From assembly GCA_951406725.2 (NCBI GenBank), contig OX597827.1, positions 23,436,001-23,500,000 on the forward strand: 64,000 nt of DNA, read 5' to 3'. The notes under the pieces were generated by a model. The model was not told where the DNA came from, did not search any database, and saw only the letters and a list, made by a program, of their open reading frames with translations. Made by a program: the position numbers and the translations under genes. The number at the start of each line of letters is the position of its first letter. Within the stretch, counting starts at the first letter, position 1. The DNA is from Octopus vulgaris. Its lineage: Eukaryota. Positions 50,935 through 64,000 of the stretch are shown piece after piece.

Positions 50935-51150
50935 TACTCTTTTTACTCTTTTACTTGTTTTAGTCATTTGACTGTGGCCATGCTAGAGCACCGCCTTTAG
51001 TCGAGCAAATCGACCCCAGGACTTATTCTTTGTAAGCTTAGTACTTATTCTATCGGTTTCTTTTGCCGAACCGCTAAGTTACGGTGATGTAAACACACCA
51101 GCATCGGTTGTCAAGCGATGTTGGGGGGACAAAAACAGACACACAAACAT

Positions 51151-51185
<35 letters not shown>

Positions 51186-51360
51186 CACATATATATACGA
51201 CGGGTTTCTTTAAGTTTCCATCTACCAAATCCACTCACACGGCTTTGGTCGACTCGAGTCTATAGTAGAAGACACTTGCCCAAAGTTCCACGTAGTCAGA
51301 CTGAACCCGGAACCATGTGGTTGGTAAACAACCTACTTACCACACAGCCACTCCTACGCC
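50935..51360 (-). mobile_element. SINE family A copy
   Basis: Full reverse-complement copy with an internal (CA)n(TA)n tract. Confidence 0.88.
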
Positions 51361-51914
51361 TATATATATACTTATATGTTCATATATGTATGCATACATA
51401 TAAATGTGCATACTCACATACATATATGTATATATGTAATATATATATATACATATGAGCATATATGTTTATAAGAATGCATGTATGCGTGTGCGTGTTT
51501 GTGTGTGTATGCATGCGTGTGTGCGTGTGTTTTTGCGCGGGTGTAGATGATGGATCTTCGTCGGTCGACGATGAGTATTCGCAATTCAGATCAACTAGAT
51601 AACCTGCTCCTGAATTAACATGGAACAGGCTGAATATTGCGTAGGCTCACGTGCTCTTAACGAAAACAGCAGATGGAATCAGTGAGTCATCATGCGACAA
51701 AACTTTATGCTATGAATTGCAGGCGGAATTCGCTGAACGGGTTTCAAAGCTGCTTCCGTCCATCCGATTTCTCGCATAAGCTATGGGTCACGTAGAGCCT
51801 TTAGAAAATATTATGCACCTTAAATGTGGTACGGTAGCATCGATCCCGCGACACCGAGATTACGAAGCGAGCTTTTAACCATTCGTTTATACTGCACCAA
51901 CCATATAGTATACA

Positions 51915-51948
<34 letters not shown>

Positions 51949-52179
51949 CATACATACATACATACATGCATGCATACATACATACATGCATGCATACATA
52001 CATACATACATGCATGCATACATACATACATTCATACATACATACATTCATACATACATACATACATTCATACATACATACTTACATACTTACATACATA
52101 CACACACATACATACATACATACATACATACATACATGCATACATACTTACATGCATACATACATGCATACATACATAG

Positions 52180-52475
52180 GCCAAACAAATAAGAATTCAC
52201 AGTATGGTAGAAGCTATAGCCATTCATTATAAAAAGGAGTACTGGTGGAATGTACCAGTGAAAACCTCAATAAAATGTAAACATAACAGACCTGACATCG
52301 TAATTTGGGATGGAGAAGAGAAACTATGTATAGTTGTGGAAATCAGCTGCCCAGTGGATGCTGACATGAAGCTGAAGATTAATGAAAAAGAGAACACCTA
52401 TGCTGAACTATTGAGGAATGTACAGCTACTCAATCCAGATTACAAGTTCAGGTTTATACCTTAATTATTGGAATA
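52180..52475 (+). mobile_element. RLE-type LINE endonuclease fragment in (TACA)n
   Basis: EYWWNVPVKTSIKCKHNRPDIVIWDGEEKLCIVVEISCP...KENTYAELLRN...YKFRFIP. Confidence 0.82.
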
Positions 52476-53312
52476 CTCGCATGCATATGTACACATGCAC
52501 ATCCATATATACGTGTATCTGCATGTATTATCGCCCCTGTACACGCAGGTATATATACCTTGCATACATACGAACATTCACACATACACACATACACACA
52601 CACACACACATATATATATATACACGCACATACACATGGATACACATACACACGAATAAAATGCATGCGAGTAAGAGTTGTATATGTAGATATTGATATG
52701 TATAAATAGCTGTATAAATATATATAAATATAGGTCCTGGGGCTATATATATATATATATACATATATATATAGCGAGAGAGTGAGAGAGGGATTCGTGC
52801 GTGGGCGTATAAATAGTTATATATACTTATTAGGAAAGCATACGTCTGTATACATATGTTTATTAAATGCGTGCATATACATATGTACACATAAACATAC
52901 ATGTATACATATACATACAGAGATACACACAAAAATATGGAGGCTCTAACCTAAACACTCTATCTTTTCCAGTAGCTGTCATATTCTCTCATCTACTTAT
53001 TTACACACAACACTGTCACATCTATGCACGCTTGTTGAAGCACACTTGGGGACATTTCTTTTCCCACACACACCAAAGATAGTGTCTCTCATAGAATTCA
53101 ATTACCCAAAAGAGAAACTAGTGGAAACGAGAAAGTCTCTTCCAATATAGATCTCCGTTCCAATAAAAAAATGGTTAATGGAAAATTCCTTTTTTTTTTA
53201 AAGAACTTCACCATAACGTGTAAACTATTTCAAGACTATCTAGCTTTCTCTTCTTTTGTCTCTTTCTGAAGGTCCCAGCCTATCTGTTTTCCTCTCTGTC
53301 CGTCTCTCTCTA

Positions 53313-53388
<76 letters not shown>

Positions 53389-53438
53389 CAGCCTATTTTC
53401 TATAGCGTATGTGTGTATGTGTGTGTATATACATATAC

Positions 53439-53486
<48 letters not shown>

Positions 53487-53639
53487 GTTTATGTGTGTAT
53501 ATATATATATGTATATATATATATATGTATATATATGCATTTATATATATATATATATATGTATGTATGTGTGTGTGTGTTAGGTATAAATATAGTATAT
53601 GTATATATATAAATATATTATACATATATATACATATAT

Positions 53640-53718
<79 letters not shown>

Positions 53719-53801
53719 GGTATGTATGTGTGTGTGTGCTCATTGCCATAAATTCGGAAATAGATGTCTAATTTCTCTGTGTTTGTGTATGTGTGTTCAT
53801 G

Positions 53802-53868
<67 letters not shown>

Positions 53869-54204
53869 CTGTGTGTGTGTGTGTGCGTGCGCTTTATTAC
53901 TGAATAATAACTTTGTCTCCAGCAATTTCCTCCAATCTACGTCGATAGTTCGCTTATCAAATATTTCAGCCATGATTAGGATCACAATAAAATGATATTA
54001 TCGGACAGCGACACCCCACGATTATAGCCGACTTGATGTTTTCCACTATTTAGTTCTCATCCTGATGCTGTTGTTGCTGTTATTGTTGCCGTATCTGTCA
54101 TTGGTATCAATATTAATTTTACTGACCATATTTTTTGGTAAACAAAAATCTCTTGGAAACAGGGACCAACCCGAAACGTCAGAATTCATCTCTCGTTTCG
54201 TCTT

Positions 54205-54243
54205 ACTAACTTCTTCCTTTCTTCCTTTCATTATTTCTTTCTC

Positions 54244-54274
<31 letters not shown>

Positions 54275-54345
54275 CTCATCCTTTCCTTCCTGCTTTCTTT
54301 CTTCCTTTCCTTCCTTCTTTCTTCCTTTCTTCCGTCTTCCTTTCT

Positions 54346-54377
<32 letters not shown>

Positions 54378-54575
54378 TTTCTCTTCCTTTCTCTCTTCCT
54401 TTCCCTCCTTCTTCGTTTCCTTCCTTTCTTTCTTTCTTTCTTTCTTTCTTCATTTCTTCCTTTTTCTTTATTCCTTTTTTCTTTCTTCCTTTCCTTTTTT
54501 CTTCCTTTCCTTCTTTTTTCCTTTCCTTATTTCTTCCTTTTCTCCTTCGTTTCCTTCTTCCTTTCTTTCTTTCTT

Positions 54576-54609
<34 letters not shown>

Positions 54610-54610
54610 A
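54205..54610 (+). repeat. ~400-bp polypyrimidine (CTTT/CCTT/CT)n tract
   Basis: Direct reading. The overlapping ORFs are artefacts. Confidence 0.95.
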
Positions 54611-54679
54611 CACACATACATATATATAAAGATAGTTAAATAGGTAGACAGACAGACCGACAGATAGATAGATAGATAA

Positions 54680-54768
<89 letters not shown>

Positions 54769-55089
54769 TAGATAGATATATTGTTTTGGTCTAGCTAGTC
54801 TCTTGCTACACTGAGTTTCACCCGTAAATGCACGGAATCTTCCGGAAAGTTATTACTCAGAGTAGAAAGAAACAAACTCAACCAGAACAAAACATTAATA
54901 TCTCTCCAATGTTATTGAGTTCTCTTTTGTTCGACAGTTGATGCTGAACATATATGTGAGTGTGTGTGTGTATGTATGTATTCGTATTTATGTGTGTGTG
55001 TGTTTGTTGGATTCTTGATCGATTTTCTTAGAGGACCATTAATATAGAAGAGAATACATTGGAATGAATGGTATTAATTCTAAAATTGG

Positions 55090-55290
55090 TTTCATATTTT
55101 GGCACAAGGCCAGCAAGGGGTAAGTCGATGACATCGACCTCCAGTACTCAACCCGTACTTATTTTATCGATCTCGAAAGGACGACAGGCAAAGTCGACTT
55201 CGGCGGGATCTGAACTCAGAACGTAAAGCCAGACGAAATGTCGAAGAGCATTTCATCCGGCATGCAAACGATTCTGCCAGCTCACCGCTC
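55090..55290 (-). mobile_element. SINE family B copy
   Basis: Reverse complement of the family B consensus. Confidence 0.8.
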
Positions 55291-55570
55291 TTCATCTCCA
55301 TCTGAAATTAACACCAATTTGTGACAGAAAACAGCACAAAATGGCGAGAGTTAAACCACGTTTCCATCACTTGTCTTCAATTAGTGTGTGTCTTTAATAC
55401 CATTAAAATTATAATCTTAGTATTTATTAATTTAATCATGTATCTGTAGCGACAGCATTAATCCAGATCGATGAATCGCATCAGCAGCGTATTGTAGATA
55501 ATGTTAGCAGCAGCAGCAGTAGCAGCAGTGGCAGCAATGTGCCAGGTGCGTGCGTTCCTCGGAAGAAATA

Positions 55571-55830
55571 TTCGGCTGGTGCATAATTATTGCGGCTTTT
55601 TTTCAGCAAATTTTATTCAACAAAAACTATAACAACATGTAACAAAAACATCTTTAAATGATTATTCCGGAGCATATTCACCATCTACTTCAATTACTGC
55701 TTCCCGTTTGCTTGGCAGACGATCAGACCGTCATTTAAAGATGTTTTTGTTAAATAGTGTTATTGTTTATATTCAATAAAATTTGTTGAAAAAAAAAAAA
55801 AAAAGCCGCAATAATTATGCACCAACCCAA
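55571..55830 (-). mobile_element. Mariner-derived MITE (260 bp)
   Basis: TA flanks and TIR TT(C/G)GG(C/T)TGGTGCATAATTATTGCGGCTTTT resembling Hsmar1/MADE1 ends, with ~90-bp inverted arms. The internal minus frame DRLPSKREAVIEVDGEYAPE* matches a mariner transposase C-terminus. Confidence 0.85.
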
Positions 55831-56007
55831 TATTATAATGACAGTCAAAGCTGGGCTTTATATAAGTTGAGCCACTGATCCGAATCGATGTATATTTGGG
55901 ATGTAACAATGACTGAAGGCCTAAATCGATTCTCTCCTGCTCCTACCTGTGGTTGCTGATTTTGTGGTCTTGGGCCGAAACTTCAAACCATTGTTTGAAC
56001 TCTAAAT

Positions 56008-58682
56008 AAGTCGGCGAACTGCAAGAATCGTTAGAACGCCGGACAAAATACTTAACTGCATTTTATCCGTCTGCACGTTCTGAGTTCAATTTCCGGCGAG
56101 GTCGACTTTGCCTTTTATCCTTTCGGAGTCGATAAAATAAATACCAGTTAAGCACTGGGGGTCGATGTAATAGACTTACCCCTCCCCCGCCTGCTGGTTT
56201 TCTGCCAAAATTTAAAAACCAGTATTTAAAGCGTAAATATAAAATTAACTAAAAACGTTGTTTTACGTTTAGACTTTAAATCTAATCTGGTTTACTCTGC
56301 GGTATTTAAACTCAGAGAACAGGAAGTCGACGCAAACACCGCAAGGCATTCATTCTATCTGGCATTCTAATGAGATTCTGCCAATTTTCTACCTAAATTT
56401 AACGTTGGCATTATATAATTTAATTTGGTTTTCAAAAGTTTGTCATTATTTTCTTCCTCCATAATGACGCCTGTATTATTATTTAAAGATCGCGATGGAT
56501 TAACCTTTAAGCTAAGGATAAATTAAATTACAGTATTAACTTTATTGCTGTTGTTGTTTTTTAAATATGTAGTTAATAGCGCAAACACCAAAAATATTAA
56601 TATTGCTTTCAAATTTTAGCGCAATGCCAGCAATTTCGAGGGAGGGAGTAAGTCGATTACAACGCTCCTAGTGTTCAATTGCTTTCTATTTTATCGAGCA
56701 TGAAAGGCAAAGTCGACCTCGGCGGAATTTGAACTCAGAACGTATAGACAGACGAAATATCACTAAACATTTTGGCCGGCGTGCTAACGTTTCTGCCAGC
56801 TCGTCGCCTTCCTTTACCAACAATAATAACATCGATATGTGTCGAGATTATTATTGTAATCTGGTTTACTTAGCAGTATTTCGTCTGTCTTTACGTTCTG
56901 AGTTGAAATTCCGCCGAGGTCGACTTTGTCTTACATCCTTTCGGGGTCGATAAATTAAGTACCACTTACGTACTGGAGTCGATCTAATCGACTGGCCCCC
57001 TCCCCCCAAATTTCGGGCCTTTTGCCTAAAGTAGAGAAGAATATTATTGTTGTAATATTTATATTGTAGGAGTTACCGTGACAGTTACGTTTTGAAATCC
57101 CGCCCATCGTTGATTAATTTCCACTCTTCCAGAGCCGATAAAATATGATACCAGTTATGTCCTAGGGTTGATTATACCCCAAACCGTAGAATTTGTTTAA
57201 TTTCTGGTATGTTTGTACTATATAAGCTTGGAATGCCCTTTCGAGTTAGAATCTCATCCGAAAATGTCGATATTAACGGAAAAGTACAAGTTTAGTTGAA
57301 AGACATATATCAAATTCTTGAAGTATTTCATTAATGTCGTTAAGCTATGAACTTATAGAAATTCTTCAATAAATAATCGACTGATCAAATTTACTATTTT
57401 AGTTGTATATTTTAGAACAACCGGTTCAATTGCTAATGACATGTGTCAGTTTGCTAATTATATCATCAAAATCTCAAACATAACAACTAAGTACAATAAT
57501 TTTCAGATGTTCAGCTGGGTTCCTTAATATGTTTTATTATGTTTTAATGAAATTCTATGTGTGTATAGGAAAAGCTTCTATTTAGATAAAATGCATAAAT
57601 TTTACTGGCTAACTTTTTTCGAACATTTCCTAATACATCAACTGGTACTTAATTTATCAACACCGAAAGGATGAAAGGCAAGGTCGACCTCGGCGGAATT
57701 TGAACTCAGAGCGTAGTGGCAGACGAAATACTGCTAAGCATTTCACTCATCGTGCTAATGATTCAGCCAGCTCACCGCCTTATTATACGCTCGTAACATA
57801 AGGCGGCAAGGTGGCAGAAACGTTAGCACGATGGGCAAAATGCTTAGTGAATTTTGTCCGTCTTTACGATCTGAGTTCAAATTCCGGAGTCGATACAATA
57901 AGTACCAGTAAGAGCACTGGGGTTGATGTAATCAATTTATCCACTGTCCCGAAATTGCTGACATTGTACAAACATTTGTAGCTAATAAATATTATACACG
58001 CAAAATATAAAGCGACAAGAGAACAGAATTGTTACCACACCGGAAAAAATGCTTAACAACATTTCTTCCAAATTTACATCCTGCGTTCAAATTCTGCTGA
58101 GGTCAACTTTGCCCTTCATCCTCTAGGGGGTCGATAAAATAAGTACCAGTTGAACACTGGGACCGATGCAATCGACTATTCCCTTCCCACGAAACTGCTG
58201 GCCTAGTGCCAAAATTTGAAATGAAAATTATACACGCATAATTTCATCATATATAATTATATGTTTCTCCGTCGAGGAGTACGTCCCCGAAATGTTAAGC
58301 ATTTTTCTTACAGTAAATTACTTTATCCAACACTTATTCTTCTTACCCATCTAAATTAACATCAGTTTCCCTCAGAGCTTACTGGTTGCGTCAGACTCTA
58401 CAACTACATTAGCTGTGCCTCAGTAACTATATTTATATTATTTCTTTCTTAATATCCATGAATTCAATGCGGCGAGCTGGCAGAAACGTTAGCACGCCGG
58501 ACGAAATGCTTAGCGGTATTTCGTCCGTCTTTACGTTCTGAATTCAAATTCTGCCGAGGTCGACTGTGCCTTTCAACCTTTCGGAGTCGATAAATTAAGT
58601 GCCAGTTGTATACTGGGGGTCGATCTAATCGACTGGCCCCTCCCCGAAAATGTCGGGCCTTGTGCTTAAAGTAGAAAAGAAT
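56008..58682. mobile_element. Cluster of SINE family B copies in both orientations (+56008-56220, -56605-56810, +56868-57040, -57640-57782, +57800-57980, +58008-58220, +58467-58682)
   Basis: Repeated family B core on both strands. Confidence 0.85.
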
Positions 58683-59362
58683 ACCCATGAATTCATCCTC
58701 ACTGGCACGAAAGGGCGCCCTCTCGTGACAGCTGACCAAATCATTATGGTTCCTGAACTCTGGACAATGAGCCAGGTTCGTCTTACTTCTTGGCTAATTC
58801 CACTGAAATGAAAGCAGTAACATTATTAAGGATCAGGGAATGCTAGAAGAACAGAACGTGTTTGGGTGGTTACACATTCTCTTAATATCATTTTCATTTC
58901 AATTGTTACACACAGAACAACAAGCTGCATTTTCAAAGGCTGCTTTGCATGTTGCCCTGTCTATCCTTTCGGTGACAGAGACACTTGGGCAGGCAGAAGG
59001 CGACATACAATCGACAACGAAATTTATAGAAAGGTACATACAGTGTGTGCTTATGTCTAGATGGATACGAGTGTGTATGTGGACAAAAATGAGTCAAGAG
59101 AATTAACACACGGAGGCAGTGATAGGAATTTGAACAACAAAGCGAATAAAGATATATTAAATACCATACAAGACAAATTAATGAGTTATTTAAACTTTCG
59201 CATCGAGGCAAGGTAGATAAATTCCTGGAGGCAACTGAGGCGGACTGTGAATGAGAAGAGGAGAGAGTCTCTGAAATCAGGGCTTCACCGCAATTAACAT
59301 ACTATTAAGGAAAAGAACGTTTTTTCCCTACTTTTTATTTTATTCTGGAGACATTAGAAAAT

Positions 59363-59403
59363 CATGGACATATGTTTCTGCCCCAACCGACTTCATCAGA
59401 ACA
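59363..59403 (-). ncRNA. Minimal type I hammerhead motif, canonical core, decayed stem I
   Basis: Minus strand reads tgtt-CTGATGA-aGTC ggttgg GGCa-GAAA-C ATAT G-TC^catg. Confidence 0.65.
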
Positions 59404-59818
59404 GCGGTCGTCTAACTTTGACTCCAGCGGACAAACAATTTGGATGTAAAGAAAAAGAATATAAAACATTTGTGGCCTAGGATAATCCATAATTAAACGA
59501 AAACAAGCTAAAAGACATAACTCAGAGTTGTTGATGGTATAAACCTGGACAACAAAGCGAATATTAATTACCATACAGAATAAACCTATCATTTATTGAA
59601 ATTACCTTCTCTTCAAGAGAGGGTAAACAAACGCCTAATGGCAATTGCGATAGAATCCGAATGAGTGGGGGAGACAATTTCACGAATCCAGAACTTTCCG
59701 AAATTGACAGTGTTGAGTATAACATGAAAATAATAGGCGGCAGTTCACAATATATTTCTGTCACATGATTCGTTTTAGCTGCTCACATATGTGTGTATGT
59801 GTATATAGATGTACGCAT

Positions 59819-59859
<41 letters not shown>

Positions 59860-61619
59860 TCGTCTGCGTGTATGGTGTGTATGATTATATGTGTGTGCGT
59901 GTGTGCATGTGTCTGGGTGTGTGGTCGCGCGTTTATGTGTGTATCGGAGTGTGTATGCGAGAGTGTGTAATCGAGTGTGTGAGTGAGTGTGTATGCGCGT
60001 GCGCTGTGTGTGTGTAATCTTACAAATCACAGGTTCCAAATATTTTCAATTTCGTTCTCGTTTTCAAATCCTATTTCTTCTGCCTCTAATTCTTCGTTTA
60101 TGAGATCTAATTATCCAGCTGCTCATTAGTGCAGCAGCCGTAATTAGCTTCACCATAAACATAATTTCAACATAACAACATCCACACACAGTCGGACACA
60201 CATACACATACATACATACATACATACATACATACATACATACATACATACATACATACATACAAACATACATACATACATACATGCATACATACACACA
60301 TACATACATGCATGCATGCATACATACATACATACACATACACATACATACATACATACATACATACATACATACATACACACACATGCATACATACATA
60401 CATACATACATACATACATACATACATACATACACATGCATACATATACTTATGCACAGATATATACACGCTCATTTATACACATATGCACATAGTCACG
60501 GGATCTTCGTCGGTTTCCACGACGACTATTGCATTTCTTCCATGGACTCAGCTGTTTAGTTGTTAAATTAGCGTGTAGAATGGCCGAGTACTCCATAGAC
60601 ATGTGTTCCCTCAATACGGGTATCTGAGAACGATGAAAAGACCTCAAGGAGTAACGACCGTGCCCTGTATAGTTATGGGCTGCCCATTGGCAAGGCATAG
60701 CACCCGTCCACTCACCCTGACAGGTATAGGGCGCAGTCATGGCACTGCAGCATTGTGAAGAGGAGCGGAAGAGCGCCACTGAGTCAACGGTACTTCTGAC
60801 ATTGATGCTGACCGGGGGAATCCAAGAAGATTAAACGATTAGGCTCATCGAACTCTGCGAAGAGAGTAACTTCAACAGATCCTTAAGGGTGGTGGCCATG
60901 GTTGTATAATCAGCTGATGAAAGATTCATTGTGTATCACTCTCCCGAGTTCAATTCATAATAATGGAATTGGATGGCAACAAAAAGTCACCGGAATCTGT
61001 GCAAGCAGCTCAGCCGGACCCTTAATATAATTCTCCGGCGTGACAGTGCATGTGACAAAGCTCAAGTCGGAATAATCATTCCGTCGGCTTCAACACAATT
61101 TCCGTCTGACTGGCTTTTCTCTCAAGCTATGGCTTGGCCCGGAGCTATAGAAGACCATATCGAACTCAAGACCTCTTAGTTACCAGACGATTTTCTTAAC
61201 CATTCATCCATGCTCAGTAAATACGTGCACCTACACACACATATGTACACATGCACATATATGCACATTCGCAATACACTAGCACATCGATCAATCACAC
61301 ACACACATATACTTCCTACCATTCGCATACTCTACATACACACACACATACATACACGCACATACACATACATACACGCACACACCATACACATAGGAGT
61401 AAGCTACTTGATATGGATTGGTTCTTAATGATCCTCTTAACTGCTCGATCCATCCACTCCGTTACAATACTACATCCCACACACAACGTCTTCACTGCTA
61501 TATCCTTTACAAGAAATTTGCATATTCCAATATGGCTGACGTATGTCAGTCATGCACGAGGATTCACAGTAGACATTTTAAAACATCACTCCTATAATGA
61601 TAGCAACAGCAACAGCAGT

Positions 61620-62000
61620 GGAGGCGCAATGGCCCAGTGGTTAGGGCAGCGGACTCGCGGTCGGAGGATCGCGGTTTCGATTCCCAGACCGGGCGTTGTG
61701 TGTGTTTATTGAGCGAAAACACCTAAAGCTCTACGAGGCTCCGGCAGGGGGTGGTGGTGAACCCTATTGTACTCTTTCGTCCCGACTTTCTCTCACTCTT
61801 TCTTCCTGTTTCTTGTCCCCGACTTCCTACGTAACCACTGAGCCTGGATGCGCATTCATCCATCCGTCGATGCTCTCGGTATCGAGGGTTGACCTGCTTT
61901 CCCTTCTGCGGGTCTTACGAATAGCTAAGGAACACGTTTCGGACTTCTCTCACTACAGAGGCGCGATCTTGCGAGCTCTGGGACGAAGACCGCTTCGCTC
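61620..62000 (+). mobile_element. tRNA-derived SINE (family E) with (CAA/CAG)n tail
   Basis: A box TGGCCCAGTGG, B box GGTTTCGATTCCC, and a body ending in CAACAGCAACA repeats. Confidence 0.8.
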
Positions 62001-62089
62001 AACAGCAACAGCAACAGCAACAACAACAGCACTAATAACTACAAAGCAACAACATAAACGATATTCACGCTGATGATGACAATGACAAG

Positions 62090-63390
62090 GGAGTTGATGA
62101 CGGAAACGAGGATTTCTTTTATTTGCTAAAAGGGCATCGGCTGAAGGGAACATCACAAACATAGGTTACATATAAAATTGGGGTCTGACGTCAGACGAAG
62201 TAGCAAGACTACACAAAAAGAAAATTTGGCAAAAATGATATTTACTCCGAACATAGAAACGAATGGGCATTATCGAACTGGAAAGTATAAAATATCCACC
62301 ATTGTAAGTTATCATTGTAAGAGCAGAGGAATAACTTGTAAAGAACAATGGAAAAACCAATAGATATAATGATAATAACACGAACGATACAAATGTCAGG
62401 GTTTTTTTTTATCTTGGAAGAAGCCAATATATACAAAACAGAGGCTGAAATGATAGATATGAATATAAAAAAAAATACAAGACACAACGGAAATTGTGAA
62501 AAGGCTAACATCTAAGCTGAAAATGGAGTTATGGTCTGTCATAATAAAGCGATAGCAAGAAAATGAAACCCTTACACTACCTGTAAAAGCTAAACAGCAT
62601 GAAAAGAGATAAGGAAAATTCACAATACTGGCTGAGAAGCGCAGGACGCAAAGGTGAGATTGAAAGCTTCTTGGTTTCAGCACAAGATCAAAGTCGCTTC
62701 ACCAGAAGCCATCAATAACATGAAGCAGAATACAGCAGCTGCAAGACATGGGGAATTTGTGAAGAAACAGCTAACCATATTACTTCTGTTTGTTCAGTCT
62801 ATTCAAGGAAAAGTATATATCTATGGATGTGACAGCGTTGGGACTTTACGCTGGAAGTCATGCCAGCATAACGAAATACCAGGCGGAAGAAAGTGGTATT
62901 GATATACACAAGGAAAAGTCGATCATACTCTGGGGTGAGCAAATACACATTCGGTGAGATTATGGCTAATTGACCAGATACTGTTGTGAAGGACCCCTGG
63001 AAAGGATATGCTTCCATATCGAAGTATCACACTCGACATATGGTAATCTATCAAAAAACAAAATGGAGAATTTGTCCAAATATTCCGTTCTGCACATAGA
63101 GGAAGCCAAATAGGAGGCAGAAAACAGAAATAATGACATTAATAATAACTTCGGAAAGTATCGAAAATCATAAAGACAAATGTATAACCAAAACAGTAGA
63201 CTAACAAATATGCACAAAATGCAGAGATATACACTACCCGACCCTGCACTTACCCGAGTTACATGAAACTGTGCTGACAATTCAAGTTAATAGACCAGAT
63301 ATTGTAGTAAAAGACAACAGAAACAAGAAGTGCAAATTAAAAGTGATACGAGTTTATCATCAGATAAAAATATATCGGTAAAAAAACTTT
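62090..63390 (+). mobile_element. Decayed RLE-type LINE (RT C-terminus to endonuclease)
   Basis: Interrupted frames with LRWKSCQH..GRKWY and NRPDIVVKDNRNKKC. Confidence 0.6.
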
Positions 63391-63479
63391 GAAACTGAAA
63401 ACGAATTGTTTTTCCCCACGATGTTGTCCACTTCGATTTTCAAAACGAGACGAAGTTAACACACACACACGCACATGTT

Positions 63480-63530
<51 letters not shown>

Positions 63531-63533
<3 letters not shown>

Positions 63534-63647
63534 CGTGATCACCGTGACCAACCAGGCTATCAGATGTTGCTACACATCACTGGTCACAATGCGCTTCACA
63601 TTGTTTTAGCCTTCAAATGACGCCACCCCGCTGGCTAAGCGAGCAGG

Positions 63648-63651
<4 letters not shown>
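63531..63651. mobile_element. Short GC-balanced repeat fragment inserted in (TA)n, probably a SINE/RTE-type 3' end
   Basis: A 120-bp island between two (TA)n tracts. The family assignment is from recollection only. Confidence 0.4.
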
Positions 63652-63704
<53 letters not shown>

Positions 63705-63944
63705 TAAGCAAATTATGAGATAGAGGTTATGTAACCATCTAAGGGATAAATGTATCCGTTGACACTAGTGGTGTATTACCTCACTATGTATAGCCCTGGC
63801 TATAAGGTATACAGTAGTATGTAATTTAAAGGTAAAACCGTGGTTTAATATACATATATAGAAAAGAAAAGAAATGGAGCAATAATTAATAATGAGAAGT
63901 TGATCATTGGTATGAAAAAGTCGTTGTTTAATTGTAGTTTGGAA

Positions 63945-64000
63945 CCATTTACAGCTATTTCTGTTTATCAAATCGAGGTAAATTTGCATTTATCTCATTC
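63945..64000 (-). ncRNA. Probable hammerhead motif cut by the window edge
   Basis: Minus strand has a GAGATAAAT gcaa ATTTACCTC hairpin...ca-GAAA-T AGCT G-TA^AATGG. The CUGANGA core would lie beyond 64000. Confidence 0.45.

Noticed and set aside
54135-54190. GGG accaa CCC GAAACGTC^AGA hammerhead look-alike
   Set aside because: No recognisable CUGANGA-type core.
60684-60710. HWQ codons as candidate next decarboxylase exon
   Set aside because: It continues HWQGIAPV rather than HWQSP, and there is no acceptor site.
61620-61700. tRNA gene
   Set aside because: It has A and B boxes but no proper acceptor stem and continues into a SINE body. The same applies to the other SINE heads.

Overview
AT-rich, microsatellite-saturated eukaryotic DNA. 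The SINE families and (TA)n/(CA)n/(TACA)n/(TAA)n load look like an octopus (coleoid cephalopod) genome; this is inferred by recognition, not from a database search. Almost all ORFs in the track are simple-repeat artefacts. The only host-gene coding sequence I can support is one 173-bp exon (42173-42345, +) of a group II PLP-dependent decarboxylase, most likely histidine decarboxylase, in very long introns. The rest is mobile DNA: a near-intact IR/DR-type Tc1 (DD34E, one premature TAG), a decayed Tx1/L1-like LINE, a CR1/L2-group LINE fragment, several R4/Dong-like RLE LINE relics, a Penelope-like RT/GIY-YIG relic, a composite Helitron, a Helentron-type HINE, a mariner MITE and many tRNA-derived SINEs. 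The most striking signal the ORF track misses is about a dozen minimal type I hammerhead-ribozyme (HHR) motifs, mostly in short non-coding islands in or next to (TA)n/(CA)n tracts. They include canonical cores with very long stem II, a family identical over 40/40 nt in three copies with a CUGUUGA core, a G3-C8 covariant core, a 486-nt HHR-to-HHR tandem unit, and large fold-back palindromes. Together they suggest a diverse Penelope-pLTR/retrozyme-like system targeting microsatellites. All structures were folded by eye and none has been tested for activity.
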